From Octopus sinensis (lineage: Eukaryota), in the NCBI RefSeq assembly GCF_006345805.1, contig NC_043015.1, positions 22,072,001-22,136,000 of the forward strand: a stretch of 64,000 bases of DNA, written 5' to 3'. The notes beneath the pieces were generated by a model. It did not search any database and was not told the DNA's origin. It saw nothing but the letters and a program-made list of their open reading frames with translations. The position numbers and the translations under genes were made by a program. Positions 1-12,299 of the stretch are shown one piece after another; the stretch's first letter is position 1, and the number at the start of each line of letters is the position of its first letter.

Positions 1-1020
1 CGGACAAAGGCCAGCTGACAGAGACAGGCGGCAGCTACACTTTCTTTTGGAGTGGTTGCAGCAGCGAAGAGCGTCGTGAGGCTGGTGTTGGTTTTGCCAT
101 CAAGTCAGTACACGTGCGGAAACTGGAAAGCTCCCCCGAGGGTATCAACGATCGGCTGATGAAGATGCAGCTCCCACTTGGAAACAAGACTAGTGCGACC
201 ATCATCAGCGCTTACAACCCCACCATGACCAACCCTGAAGAAGTTAAGGACAGGTTCTATGAGGAACTCGACTCCCTCATCACGTCAGTCCAGCCTGGGA
301 AGCTCATCCTCCTTGGGGACTTTAACGCCCGTGTCGGGACTGACCACCAAGCCTGGCATCGCGTACTGGGAAAGCAAGGAATCGGAAAGTGCAACAACAA
401 CGTGCAGCTCCCCCTGCGGGCGTGCGCCTCTCATGATCTTACCATCGCCAACACCTTGTTCCGTCTGCCAACACGCAACAAGACATCATGGATGCATCCA
501 CGCTCCAAACACTGGCATCTGATAGATTACGTCATCGTCAGGGCGAAAGACAGGCGGGACGTGAGACTCGTCAAGGCCAAGTGTGGAGCTGATTGCTGGA
601 CGGACCATCGCCTTATCATCTCCAGGATGGATTTCTACATCCAACCTAAGAGAAGACCACATGGTCAGAAAGGGACGAGGAAGCTTAACATCACGAAATT
701 AAAGAACCAGCTGACTGCACAAGATCTCCAGTCACGTATGGACAGCAAGCTGTTAGACATTCGGAATGACCAGTCCAGCATCGATGAGCAGTGGGAATCA
801 TTCAGGGACACGGTTCATTCCATCGCCCTTGAAACTCTAGGCCAATTTACGAGGAACCACCAGGACTGGTTCAACGAAAACGACCAGGAAATCCAAAACC
901 TCCTGGAAGGGAAACGCCGTCTGCTGCGGGCCCACCAAAATGACACCACCTGCACGGCAAAGAAGGCTGCTTTCAACAACATTCGCAGCACAGTCCAGGC
1001 AAAACTCAGCCTCATGCAAG
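1..1020 (+). pseudogene. RTE ORF: apurinic-like endonuclease domain and linker (frameshift near 1020)
   Basis: ORF 114..1148 carries APE motifs; homology continues in the 940..1374 frame (YADKHDTKKFYEELKAVYGP) after a frameshift. Confidence 0.9.
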
Positions 1021-1301
1021 ATTCAGGGATACGCAGACAAACACGACACCAAGAAATTCTACGAGGAGCTGAAAGCTGTCTATGGACCGCAGTCCTCCTT
1101 TGGATCAACCCCCCTGCTCAGCTCGGATGGAACCTCACTCCTGACTAACAAGAGGCTGATCCTGGAGGCATTTCAACATCGTGCTCTACCGACCAGCCCA
1201 GATCAACGAGGAAGCCATCCCACGACTCACCCAGGTGCCGACAAAACACGAGCTGGCTGTTCCCCCTGCAGTCGAGGAAGTGAGCAGAGCCATAAAAAAA
1301 A

Positions 1302-2086
1302 ATGTCCACCGGCAAAGCTCCAGGCTCTGACGCCATCCCTGAAGAGGTGTTCAAGTCGGGCGGCCCCGCCATGATCAGTCAGCTCACCAGCCTGTTCCAG
1401 TCGATGTGGGACAGAGAACAACTCCCTCAAGATTTCCGGGACGCAACAATCGTCCACATTTATAAGCGGAAAGGAGATCGGCAGTCCTGCGACAACCACC
1501 GAGGAATCTCCCTCTTGTACATAGCAGGCAAGATCCTGGGCCGAGTCCTGCTTGACCGCCTTCTGGAACACTTGGAGCAAGGCCTTCTCCCTGAGAGCCA
1601 GTGTGACTTCCGCGCCGGTCGAGGAACCACTGACATGATATTCGCCGCCCGCCAGCTCCAGGAGAAATGTATGGAGCAGCACCTTGACCTCTGCATGACC
1701 TTTGTTAACCTCACCTGGGCTTTCGATACAGTCAGTCGGGAGGGACTCTGAAAGGTCATGGGAAAATTTGGTTGCCCCAGCAAATTTATTGCAATTGTCT
1801 GCCAGTTCCACAACGGAATGACAGCCAGAGTCCTTGAAGACGGCAACTCATCTGAAGCCTTCCAGGTGACCAACGGAGTCAGGCAGGCTGTGTCCTGGCC
1901 GCAACACTGTTCAGCATCATGTTCTCGGCAATGCTGTCCGACGCCTTCAGGGACTGCAAGTCCGGTATCGACATCAAGTACAGGACGGACGGGAAATTTT
2001 TCAACTCCAGAAGATTGCAGGCCGTCACAAAGGTGAGGGAGACAGTCGTCAGAGACTTTCTCTTTGCTGACAACTGCTCCTTTAAT
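1302..2086 (+). pseudogene. RTE reverse transcriptase domain, disrupted
   Basis: ORFs 1302..1751 and 1758..2036; in-frame TGA at 1749-1751 (EGL*K, normally W); frameshift near 1885 restores CVLAATLFSIMF...RDFLFADN. Confidence 0.9.
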
Positions 2087-2088
2087 CG

Positions 2089-3018
2089 GTGAGCAGGAGA
2101 TGCAGCTCGGGATGGACAGGTTTTCATCAACCTGTGACAACTTCGGTTTTCCCCATCAGTGCCAAGAAAACCGAAGTGATGTTTCAGCCAGCCGCCGGCA
2201 AACAATACCATGAGCCTCAGATAAAGGTGAACGGACGGATCCTACGAGCGGTGGAAAACTTCACCTACCTGGGCAGCACTCTCTCCTGCAATGCCAACAT
2301 AGATGCTGAAATCATCAACAGAATCTCCAAGGCAAGCGGCGCGTTTGGGAGACTACGAAAGAAAGTCTGGGAGCGGAGAGGAATCAGCCTCAACACCAAG
2401 CTGAAAGTCTACCGGGCAGTCGTGCTTACCACCCTACTATACGGCTGCGAGACGTGGACTGCTTACCGAAGGCACGAGCGCCAGATAAACCACTTCCACC
2501 CCAGGTGTCTTCGGAACCTCCTTCACATCCACTGGCAGGACAAAGTCCCAGGCACGGAAGTTCTGAAGCAGGCAGATCTCCCTAGCACCATCACGATCAT
2601 GCGCAAGGCCCAGCTGAGAAGGGCAGGCCACGTCTCCCACATGTCCGACACTCGCATCCCAAAACAGCTCTTCTACGGTGAACTCAGCCAGGGCAAACGC
2701 AAAGTCAGAGGGCAGAAGAAGCGCTTCAAGGACAGTCTCAAAGTCTCTCTCAAAGACTTCTCCATCGGCACAGAGATTTGGGAGACACTTGCTGCCGACC
2801 GCTCATCCTGGCGCAGCGCAATCACCACAGGAGCAAAGACAGCCGAGGAGAGACGGATTCAGTCAGCAGAACAGAAACACCAGATGCGGAAAGCCAGAGC
2901 CACCTGCACCAATAACACAGCCCCTACCCACTTCTGCCCCACCTGTGGGAGGGCCTTTCTTGCACGGATTGGCCTCACCAGCCACCTCCGGTCTCATAGC
3001 AGCAATTCCACTAAATGA
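2089..3018 (+). pseudogene. RTE RT thumb/C-terminal region with C2H2-type finger
   Basis: ORF 2089..3018: VENFTYLGS, KLKVYRAVVLTTLLYGCETW, RIPKQLFYGEL, CPTCGRAFLARIGLTSHLRSH; stop 3016-3018. Confidence 0.9.
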
Positions 3019-3031
3019 TGTCAATGGTCAT

Positions 3032-3065
3032 CTTCGAACCCGAAGGACGAACATTACATTACATT
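3032..3065 (+). other. LINE 3' stem-loop and tandem-repeat tail
   Basis: cttcg(3032-3036)-aacc-cgaag(3041-3045) hairpin, then acatt x3 (3051-3065); RTE elements typically end in short tandem repeats. Confidence 0.7.
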
Positions 3066-3299
3066 ATATATAATATATGTATGTATGCATACACACACGC
3101 ACACATATTTACATACATATATATAAACAGACGGAAAAGTGGAGACTAACAAGCAAAGCATTTAAACCGATTTGATTGTCCATATTCGAATTTTGATCTA
3201 TCTACTCCCGCTCAATTAGGGACCGTCTGTAGCCACCTTGGATGGGCAATTTCAACACCTCATTTCCAATTGCACTTCAGACGGAGCTTCACAGCTAAA

Positions 3300-3408
3300 T
3301 ATCTTCATATATATACGTATATGTATGCATATATTTAAGTATGTATGCATGCATGTGTATATGTATGTATGTAGTATGTATGTATGTATGTATGTATGTA
3401 TGTATGCT

Positions 3409-3439
<31 letters not shown>

Positions 3440-3480
3440 CTGTATGTATGTATGTATGTATGTTGCTATGCATGTGCATA
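3300..3480. repeat. (TATG)n microsatellite
   Basis: Direct reading; accounts for ORF 3238..3699. Confidence 0.95.
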
Positions 3481-3789
3481 TGTAGAGAATGTCGTGCATT
3501 GCTATGGTTGAAAATAGCTACGAATTGTGGTCACAGAATTTTTCGTGAGAGAAGTGTGTTTGTTTATAAAATGCCAATGGATTTCTGTTCCAAAATCTTT
3601 TATATCAGAAATGAAGCCTCTATCCAATATGTTAAGGACAACCGCATTTCTAATCCACTGACTTTCAATTATAAACTCCCAATTAAAATAATTCTGTAAC
3701 TGTGTGTAAATACATATGTTTGTGTTCGAAAATATTTAATAGTGATTTCAATTTTTTATTCCAAGTTTGTAATGTCGGGTAGTGGGGAA

Positions 3790-3925
3790 GTGAATTACAT
3801 CAACCCCAGTATTCAACTGGTACTTATTTTATCGACCCCGAAAGAATAAAAAAAAAGCGAAGGTGAACTTAAAGCCTGAGAAAAGTGGCCAAGCGCGGCG
3901 TGCTAACGTTTCTACCAGCTTGCTA
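3790..3925 (-). mobile_element. tRNA-derived SINE family A, degraded fragment
   Basis: ccccagtattcaactggtacttattttatcgaccccgaaag and cgtgctaacgtttctaccagct match the reverse complement of the copy at 43182. Confidence 0.75.
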
Positions 3926-6900
3926 ACTTAGAGAATATTTGCTATTAACATAGCTTTAAGTAAACGCGAAAACTATTCCACTATATTTCAAACGATTCTT
4001 AAATTATATTATCTTGTATTTTTGAAATTATTTAATTATCAAAATACTTTGAAAACTACATAGATGCAGGTGTATTTTGAAAAGATACATTCATTTAAAA
4101 TTATTCTTATAACGTAATCTCTGCAAGAAATAGTCATGTTCAAATTATGGAACTTCAAAAAATGCAGCGGTAAGTAATTTACTTAATGTGTTGCAATCAG
4201 TCTTCAGTTATACATTATATTTGATAAATTTAAGGACGTCACGATATTCAATGTCTTAGGTCATACTGTCCGAGGCAAAATCAAAATAATTATAACACAT
4301 TTTACTTTCAGCATGTTGCATATACTTGTACATTGCAGAGAGGTATTCCTCAAATTTCTATCTAGCAACAGTTATTGTGTGTGCTTGAGATGTATTTACT
4401 AATATGACGAATTGTATATTTACCAGGAATTAAAGTCTTTTAAACAGACAGGTTATATATGTTGTAATGTAGGTATATCTGTTTATAAACCCATTCATTA
4501 TTTTGCTTCACCCAGTAAGATTGGGATCATGCTTGTTCTCTAAATTCGTTGGCGCCATTACAAGGCCGCAGCTGATCTAAAACCACGTAGAAGCATTATA
4601 GATGCTTTCCCTTTTTTGAGCTGAAATCTGTCTTGAAGCACAATTACTATAACAGTCTTGCAGGATAATCCTCTTTTTACTTCCTGAAACGCGATAATTT
4701 TGTTTTATTGATTTGTGAACGTTACTATAATCTGGAAGTTGTTGTCACATTTTGCCAATTGAAACCGGGGACCAAAACCCGAATTTTTGCTCTGTCACTT
4801 ATTTCTTATTTAAGGTGAAAGAAACATTTGTCTGTTTTCTTAACCACTGCCCTTGTAGATTCGGGCTCCTGGCAATATTAATGCCGAATGGACATTGTTC
4901 TTTTCTAAATAAGAAACAAATTATTGGGGAAATGGTGATTAGAATGTGAATAGAAACTTATCCTTACTTATCCCTAGATTTTTTGTTGTACCCTATGTAA
5001 CTTGATGGTCGAGAAATTTTCTATCCAAAAAGGATCATATCAGTAGAGTTTGCAAAAACGTTAAGTGTCCCATTTAGCATGTGCTTCTCTACAAAAGCTG
5101 CCTGAGGAACTGTAAAGATCAAGAAATTGATTGTTATGGTAAGTTCAGATGAGAGAAAAGGAAAACAAATACTACATGTGTTCTAATCCATTGTACTCGA
5201 TGGGATTGTGTAAATTTATCATGGTAGTTTATGTACGTTGGGTAAACAGTGCAACGTCAGTTACTTTGATATCTTACAAAATGTTTGATAGACAATAATG
5301 AATTACAAAATTAATTTTAGAATTCATTTTTGAATCAATTATATCAGTCTCTAATTTGGAGGTAACGAATTATTCATCTTTCGGCAATTTCATGCTTTTC
5401 AACTAAGATTTGGTAGGTTCCATTTTACGATGACTTTTCTGACATATTTGGTTTTCCGTGGAGAATTTGTTTAATCACATGCCAAATTTCTTCCCGTTGA
5501 AGACATCACAAAAAACGCGCAGCATTTGGAAATAATTCATTAAAAAATCTTTCTGGCCGCAAGGATCTACAAAGAATATTTGAGTCGAGTGAATTTTGAT
5601 TGTAAGCAAAATTTTTAAAACTGCGTCTAGGAAAGTTCATTTCTTTTGTGTCATTATGGAGTGACAACTCATATATATGCAAATTCTTGTAAATATGTCT
5701 ATAGTTAATTATGAATGAAGTTTGAACTCATATTCTCCTAAAGTTCCTTTCACGCTTAAATTTATTTATACAAATATGTCGACTCGTTTTAACAACTCTG
5801 CAAAAACGAAATGCAGAATCTTTAACACGCATCTTGATAAATTATATTAATCGCTTAAATAAGTCATTCTAATAAGCAAACAAATCCAGAATATTTGCAG
5901 TAAGTTCAGTCGATATAGAAAAAGGAAATGTAAACTAAATCTGACAGGATTTGAACTCCGAACCTAAATGCAGTTTATAGCTTTAGCTATATAATTTCCC
6001 TCATACTAAAACCACACTAACAATAACATGACACATCATATCTTAAAATCATACTTCAAAAGTATATAAATAGTTAAAACAATGTGACCAACTAGGTAAC
6101 GGCGCACAGATCTAAGCAAACTTCTAATGTTGATTTCTCAAAGGGTAAATCGGTATTTAAGAGATTATTGTACTGATTATGAAATGCGTGTGGGCTATGA
6201 TCAGATATTTCATTTGATACAATGCAGACGAAAAGGGCTACTTTATGATCAAGCAGCTTTCAATATGAAATAGAGAACAGACATCAAACGTCAGAATTTT
6301 ACATTGAAAAATTATCGATTTTATTATATAGTCGAGGTTTTAGCATGGCCGCGATCTCGAGGCTAATCATTGCGGTCGGAAACAGAGAAAATTCAATGAA
6401 ACTTGAATAGATTCTCAACAAAATACAATCAACACAAGCGTCACACACCGGCCATAAATATGACTAAAAATCATGGACAAAAGCCTTAGCCTACACTTAT
6501 CTGATTACGGTCTTTATCAAAACTATGCTTCGTGTATATAAATTTCTCCAGTTTTATGTAAACTCGAATAAATTATAACAAAAAGTTCTTTACTTCTCGG
6601 GGAAAAAGTAACGTTACAGAATCTTAATTTGAAACATTTCACACACACACATACAGACACACACACACGCAGTTTCTTGCGTACAATCACACATATAGTT
6701 ACATAAATCAGAATAAGTCACACGATGTTGTAATTAAATAACACTCATAAAAAAGGTAAAAAGTGAAAACTATACAGAGCTTACATAACTTAATAGAATT
6801 ACTTAAAGCTATCACAGTTTTCTTTTACTATATTTCATAAGTTCGAAGTTCTGTTTATCCAACATAACGAGAAGCTCATTAGCACGACTCTCGCGTAGAA

Positions 6901-7239
6901 TGTTTCAAACGAGGTCCGTTAATTAGTGTGACACAATGTATAGCGTTTGCTTAATATTTTATCACCAGAGTATACCGTTAAGACATTCACTTAAAAAAAG
7001 AAAGACATGCATTCTTACGTTGTATTCTGGTTTTCATTGGTGGTGTGTTTTTTTATGAATCATCAATACGATAATTTTTTTTTTCACAGCATATCTCGTT
7101 AATTAATTGTCATTAAGAAAAAGAGTAATCAGTTGTTGCTTTTACTTTATATTATTACTTCGCTGGCACCTTAAAGATATTACTATTTCCGCCTGTATGC
7201 TTGGATTTATGTATGAGACTGTATATGGCAATGTATAAA

Positions 7240-7387
7240 TCTATGCGGACACACAAGCACGCACACACACATACAGGCACACACACACACTCATACACAC
7301 ACACACACACGCAAATACTCACACTTACACAGAAATGTACACGGAAACACATACAGACACACCCACAAACACATATATGTATATATT

Positions 7388-7429
<42 letters not shown>

Positions 7430-7537
7430 ATATAATATATATATATATTAATATATATATATATATATACATGTATATATATATATAAATATATGAATAT
7501 ATGTATATCTGTATGTATTTGTATATATATGTATATG

Positions 7538-7612
<75 letters not shown>
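7240..7612. repeat. Compound (CA)n/(TA)n microsatellite
   Basis: Direct reading. Confidence 0.95.
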
Positions 7613-7613
<1 letters not shown>

Positions 7614-8149
7614 CAGTGCATTTTCTCCTATTAATTGCTTATTAATATACATTTCACTAAAGGCATCTTTAAACATTATCTGAGTCAGGTGATATAGGAT
7701 ATACAAGATTATAAAAAAATACCATTTCAATAAGTAAATCTAAACGCCAAATATTACAGGATGTGGATATATTAACAGAACATTGAGAGAAAAACAAGAA
7801 TAAATGGAGAAAAAACTATTTCAATTATATGAGTAATTAAGAGCTGAAATGTATTTCTTAATTAAGTAGAAAGCTTTATTCATTTCTGTGATTCTGTGGT
7901 TCGTGATAACAGGCACACAGATCCATATAGAATAACTTTATATTGCAGGTTCATACTCATATACGTATAAATTCACATACACACCCGTCCACAAATATAC
8001 ACAAACGTGTCTATTTCTTTGATATGTATGCATCTACATATGCATCTGTCTACAAATTATATATATATATAAATGCGTACATGCTGATACAGATACATAC
8101 AAACACACATATAGGAATATATGCGCAAGTATGCACGTAGGTGCAAAAT

Positions 8150-8280
8150 AAGGTGGAGCAGATAGTACTCGAATACCAATGGTAGGCTAATATCTTACTT
8201 TATTAAAGCCGAAAAACTCCTTCAAAGAGTGTTACTCAGAGTTTCACATGACAATTCATCTGACAGGTGCGATAGTATTC
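8150..8280 (-). mobile_element. Fragment of PLE pseudo-LTR family (same family as 54612-54860) with decayed hammerhead
   Basis: ggtggagcagatagtactcgaatacca...tgttactcagagtttcac aligns to the reverse complement of about 54738-54832; minus strand reads cagatga..gaaactctgagtaac. Confidence 0.7.
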
Positions 8281-8325
8281 ATTATCACAATTGTCTGGTG
8301 AACGCTCACATAACACTCTGAAACT

Positions 8326-8426
<101 letters not shown>

Positions 8427-8467
8427 CGTATTATAATTTAGAACAAACATTAAAAGGTTGCAATTAT

Positions 8468-8524
8468 TCAACTCGCTGTTTCGAATGTCGGAGAGAAGAG
8501 CTACGATAAATTCTCGTCAGCTAT
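8468..8524 (-). ncRNA. Hammerhead-like motif, core intact, helices I/III degenerate
   Basis: Minus strand: CUGACGA (8520-8514), stem II gaat/attc with 23-nt loop, GAAAC (8482-8478), agcga-GUU; helix I does not pair well. Confidence 0.45.
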
Positions 8525-8721
8525 TAATGGGACCAGACGTTACGAAGAACCGGTAAATAAAAAGGAAGTTACTCTAATAAGTAGAAACAGAAAAAGAAAA
8601 AAGATAAACTGTACACACCACCAAATTCTTATAATACATTCATATAAATTCCTGCGTTCAAATCTACATACGTACACACTCACACAATTATGTATACATA
8701 TATGGATACACACACAGAACC

Positions 8722-8752
<31 letters not shown>

Positions 8753-9125
8753 CGCACTTATACATATACACTTATCCACACAATAAATAAATAAATAAAT
8801 GAATATATATATATATGTGTACGCAACCTCACCCTCATATACACATAGTTGCTTATATCAATACACGTCATATAATACCTATACATTTACACATTTATAC
8901 GTATAAATATACGTATTTATATATGCAGACATACATTCACACTCCCACATACATATGCATATCGGTATAAATGAAGGGGCGTGTTCATGAAAGACGCACA
9001 TATGCACCGGACACAGTATTTCACTCATATACATAGATATATAATCACAAACATACATACACACTCACACATGAATAATTCTCTGTTGATCTAATATCGA
9101 GGCCACATATTTTTGTTATCTTTAT

Positions 9126-9223
<98 letters not shown>

Positions 9224-9334
9224 TACAGTTTAGAGGAAATTGAAAGTATTTTCAATTTCCTCTTCTCTGTAGCTTTTCGTATTGGCTCTCTATGAGCACT
9301 CAGTAAATAGCTCATTCTTTCTATAATATCCTTC

Positions 9335-9378
<44 letters not shown>

Positions 9379-9449
9379 TATATATATATGTATATATATA
9401 TGTTATATAATATATATATATATATATATATGTTTATATAATATAATAT

Positions 9450-9514
<65 letters not shown>

Positions 9515-9756
9515 ATATATATATATAATATATATATATACATACATATATATGTTTATATATATAATATATATATATGAATATATATATAAATATGTAT
9601 GTTTAGATAAATACCTATAACCACACACAGCACATACTTACAGACACAATCACACACTACGTATGTGTGTGTATGTATCCATTTATAAGCAGCAAAAACA
9701 AAATGGAGATTAGGAAGTTAATAATTATTTATTATTAACAAATTGGTCATCTTCGA

Positions 9757-9854
9757 TTCTTACAGCCGTTTCAATTAATATTCACTAATTTAATTGTAAA
9801 TTTGTACTTTAAATTTGCATTTATGTGACATGCGGATAATTTCATCAGAGATGG
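9757..9854 (-). ncRNA. Type I hammerhead ribozyme candidate with long loop II
   Basis: Minus strand: ccatct-CUGAUGA (9848-9842)-aatta..taatt stem II with ~60-nt loop-GAAAC (9772-9768)-ggcu-GUA (9763-9761)-aga. Helix I tct/aga; helix III near-palindrome ACGGCUGU. Confidence 0.65.
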
Positions 9855-9959
9855 TATATACGTACCTATCAGTTCATTTCAACAGACTATTCTAGGTATT
9901 GAACCAGTATTTCCTTGAATATAATTCATAGATACATCCATAGATACATAGATACATGC

Positions 9960-10545
9960 ATCCCTCTTTTTCTACCCCTCCACTCAACCCCTTCGTCGGA
10001 GGATACTACAGGCCTTCCGTCGTCTCCAGCTCGATCCCACCACCCGCCCCATTTTCCCCAACTCACCCTTGTCCTCCCTCAAACGAGCCCCAAACCTATG
10101 CGATCTCCTCTTCCCCCTCAGCCCCACTTGAATCCTTCCCGTGCTCCAGATCCCGCACAACACCTGCCCCTTCATCACCAACATCACTGCTATCACTGGC
10201 TCCAACCAACGAACTGTACTTATTAGACATTCTTTTACGTGCACTTCATCTGGTCTCATTTACTGTATAAAATGCAAACTCTATGGGATGCTTTATGTAG
10301 GTCAGACGGGCCGTCGACTGGCCGACTGGTTCACCAAGTATCTAAGAGATTTTCACCTAGGTTCCAACTCTCCCGTCGCCCATCAATTCCGCTTGGCCAA
10401 CCATTGGCCCTGTAACATCTCTGTGTTTGGTCTCGCCCCACACGATGGATCTCCACAATCCAGGCTTCACCTGGAAAAACGATATATATTCAGTTTACGG
10501 ACTAATATCCCGCACGGACTTAACACAGCCCACTCCTCTTAGTGA
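9960..10545 (+). mobile_element. Penelope-like element, 5'-truncated: linker plus GIY-YIG endonuclease, frameshifted
   Basis: FTCTSSGLIYCIKC..YVGQTGRRLAD..PVAHQF..EKRYIFSLRTNIPHGLN in ORF 10141..10542; upstream frames give LRRRILQAFRRLQLDP and FPCSR, homologous to ORF 15317. Confidence 0.9.
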
Positions 10546-10739
10546 CCGCCCCTACACCTCCCGCAACAAGCAACTTTATTTCTTCTTTCTTCTCTTCTCT
10601 TTTTTCAATTTTTCATTCCTAATATGCAACTACGTCTTTTTTATTGGATCAACTTCCTGATATATGTTTTATTGTTTTTATAATTTTTTGCGATTTTATT
10701 GTTTATAATTTTTTGTTTTTATAAATTATTGTTTTTATA

Positions 10740-11460
10740 CACGAACACATACACACACATACTCACGTATCCACGAGCACACATATACCTCCCACACACC
10801 ACACACATAGAACATACATACATGCACATATACGCACACATACTTCCACACACATACACACACGCTGCATACACATATACACACACCCACATACACCCAC
10901 GCGCACACACACATACGCGTACACACACACGTATACAAACGTACACCCACACACAGGAATGCACAGAAACCTATCCTATCCAACCCCACGAACACACAGA
11001 CACACGTCTCCACGTTCACACACACGCACACAACCAGACACACGTCTCCACGTTCACACACACATATACACACGCAAGCACATACACACATGCACACACG
11101 CACATATACACACGTACATACACACACACCAGCACAGATTCCCCCATATACCTCTAACAAACAATACTCGTACAGATACGCACACAATTATACACACATG
11201 GGCACATACACACACGCACACACGTACGTAAGCACACACACGAACACAAGCACACGCACGCACATTACGGCTACACAACTCCGAAACCTCCCACACACAA
11301 ACGTATACACAAAGTATAGCACAGTTATTCGCCACACACACAAACTCTACGCATACATACACGAACACACGCATACATGCACACACACACACTACAAACA
11401 AAACACACACACAATACATATAAATACATGCACACACACACATACTTCAAACTACAAGTA
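10740..11460. repeat. Degenerate CA-rich low-complexity tract
   Basis: Direct reading; source of HT/CV pseudo-ORFs. Confidence 0.9.
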
Positions 11461-11525
11461 CCTTCACTGACCATTCTTCCACATGGGTACTTTAGAGACA
11501 AGGGCCACTCCTAATTCATTCTTCC

Positions 11526-11985
11526 TGCTAGAAACACCAGCGAAAATAATTAATTTTATTTTATCGCATTTTGAATTTGTTTACATATTTCCCGATAAAT
11601 TTTGAGCGTTAGACTATATACCAGAAATCTCTATTTTTGTCGGGTTTGTTCTGCGTCTGCGCAGTGATCTGATTAGTTAGAAAGAGCAAATTATTAGACG
11701 CACATGTGTCTATCGAGTTGCCCTTCATAATAACAGGATTCTTACCGAAGAGCCTACCTGAGTAAATAAATATTAAATTTATATCTTTTTGCTGAAAAAG
11801 GCGAAACTGCATTCTAAGATGAACAGAGTTAGTAAAAGTTTTTATCTTCATTTCACTAAATTTATCAAGCTTCTGTGTTTCTAGTACATACTTCGGCTTT
11901 AATCTACTTATATATGAATAATATATGGCCGGTGCTAGAAACACCAGCGAAAATAATTAATTTTATTTTATCGCATTTTGAATTT

Positions 11986-11990
<5 letters not shown>
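11526..11990. repeat. 58-bp direct repeat with 407-bp period (partial tandem)
   Basis: tgctagaaacaccagcg...gaatttgttta at 11526-11583 and 11933-11990; second copy runs into (TA)n. Confidence 0.9.
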
Positions 11991-12027
<37 letters not shown>

Positions 12028-12117
12028 TAAATATTAGGGAATATATCCAAATTTACAGGGAAAAAAATCAGATTTAGGATTAAATCCAATTTTATAGTAA
12101 AATATTATAAAATATTA

Positions 12118-12260
12118 TTTGAGACAAAACCACTATTTTGCAAAACAAACAAGGAAAGACTTAATCAATACATAAAATTTAATAAATGACTATTTATTAA
12201 ATTTTATGTATTGATTAAGTCTTTCCTTGTTGTTTTGCAAAATAGTGGTTTTGTCTCAAA
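12118..12260. repeat. Near-perfect palindrome (70/69-bp arms, 4-nt loop)
   Basis: Arms 12118-12187 and 12192-12260 are reverse complements apart from a 1-nt indel; loop gact. Confidence 0.95.
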
Positions 12261-12268
12261 TATATTTT

Positions 12269-12289
<21 letters not shown>

Positions 12290-12299
<10 letters not shown>

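Larger units (their letters stand above)
1..3065 (+). mobile_element. RTE-clade non-LTR retrotransposon (LINE), inactivated; continues 5' of the window
   Basis: APE motifs (YTFFWSG, GVGFAIK, ISAYNPT, ILLGDFNARVG, SWMHPRSKHWHLIDY, WTDH), RT motifs (KAPGSDAIP, CDNHRGISLL, QCDFRAGRGTTDMIF, FLFADN for YADD), C-terminal CPTC..HLRSH zinc finger, short 3' UTR and (ACATT)3 tail. Clearly GC-richer than flanks. Confidence 0.95.

Noticed and set aside
259-2640. Overlapping and antisense ORFs within the RTE
   Set aside because: By-products of a GC-rich coding sequence with no independent motifs.
4560-4920. Minus-strand exon-like segments
   Set aside because: Weak donor sites and no coherent product.
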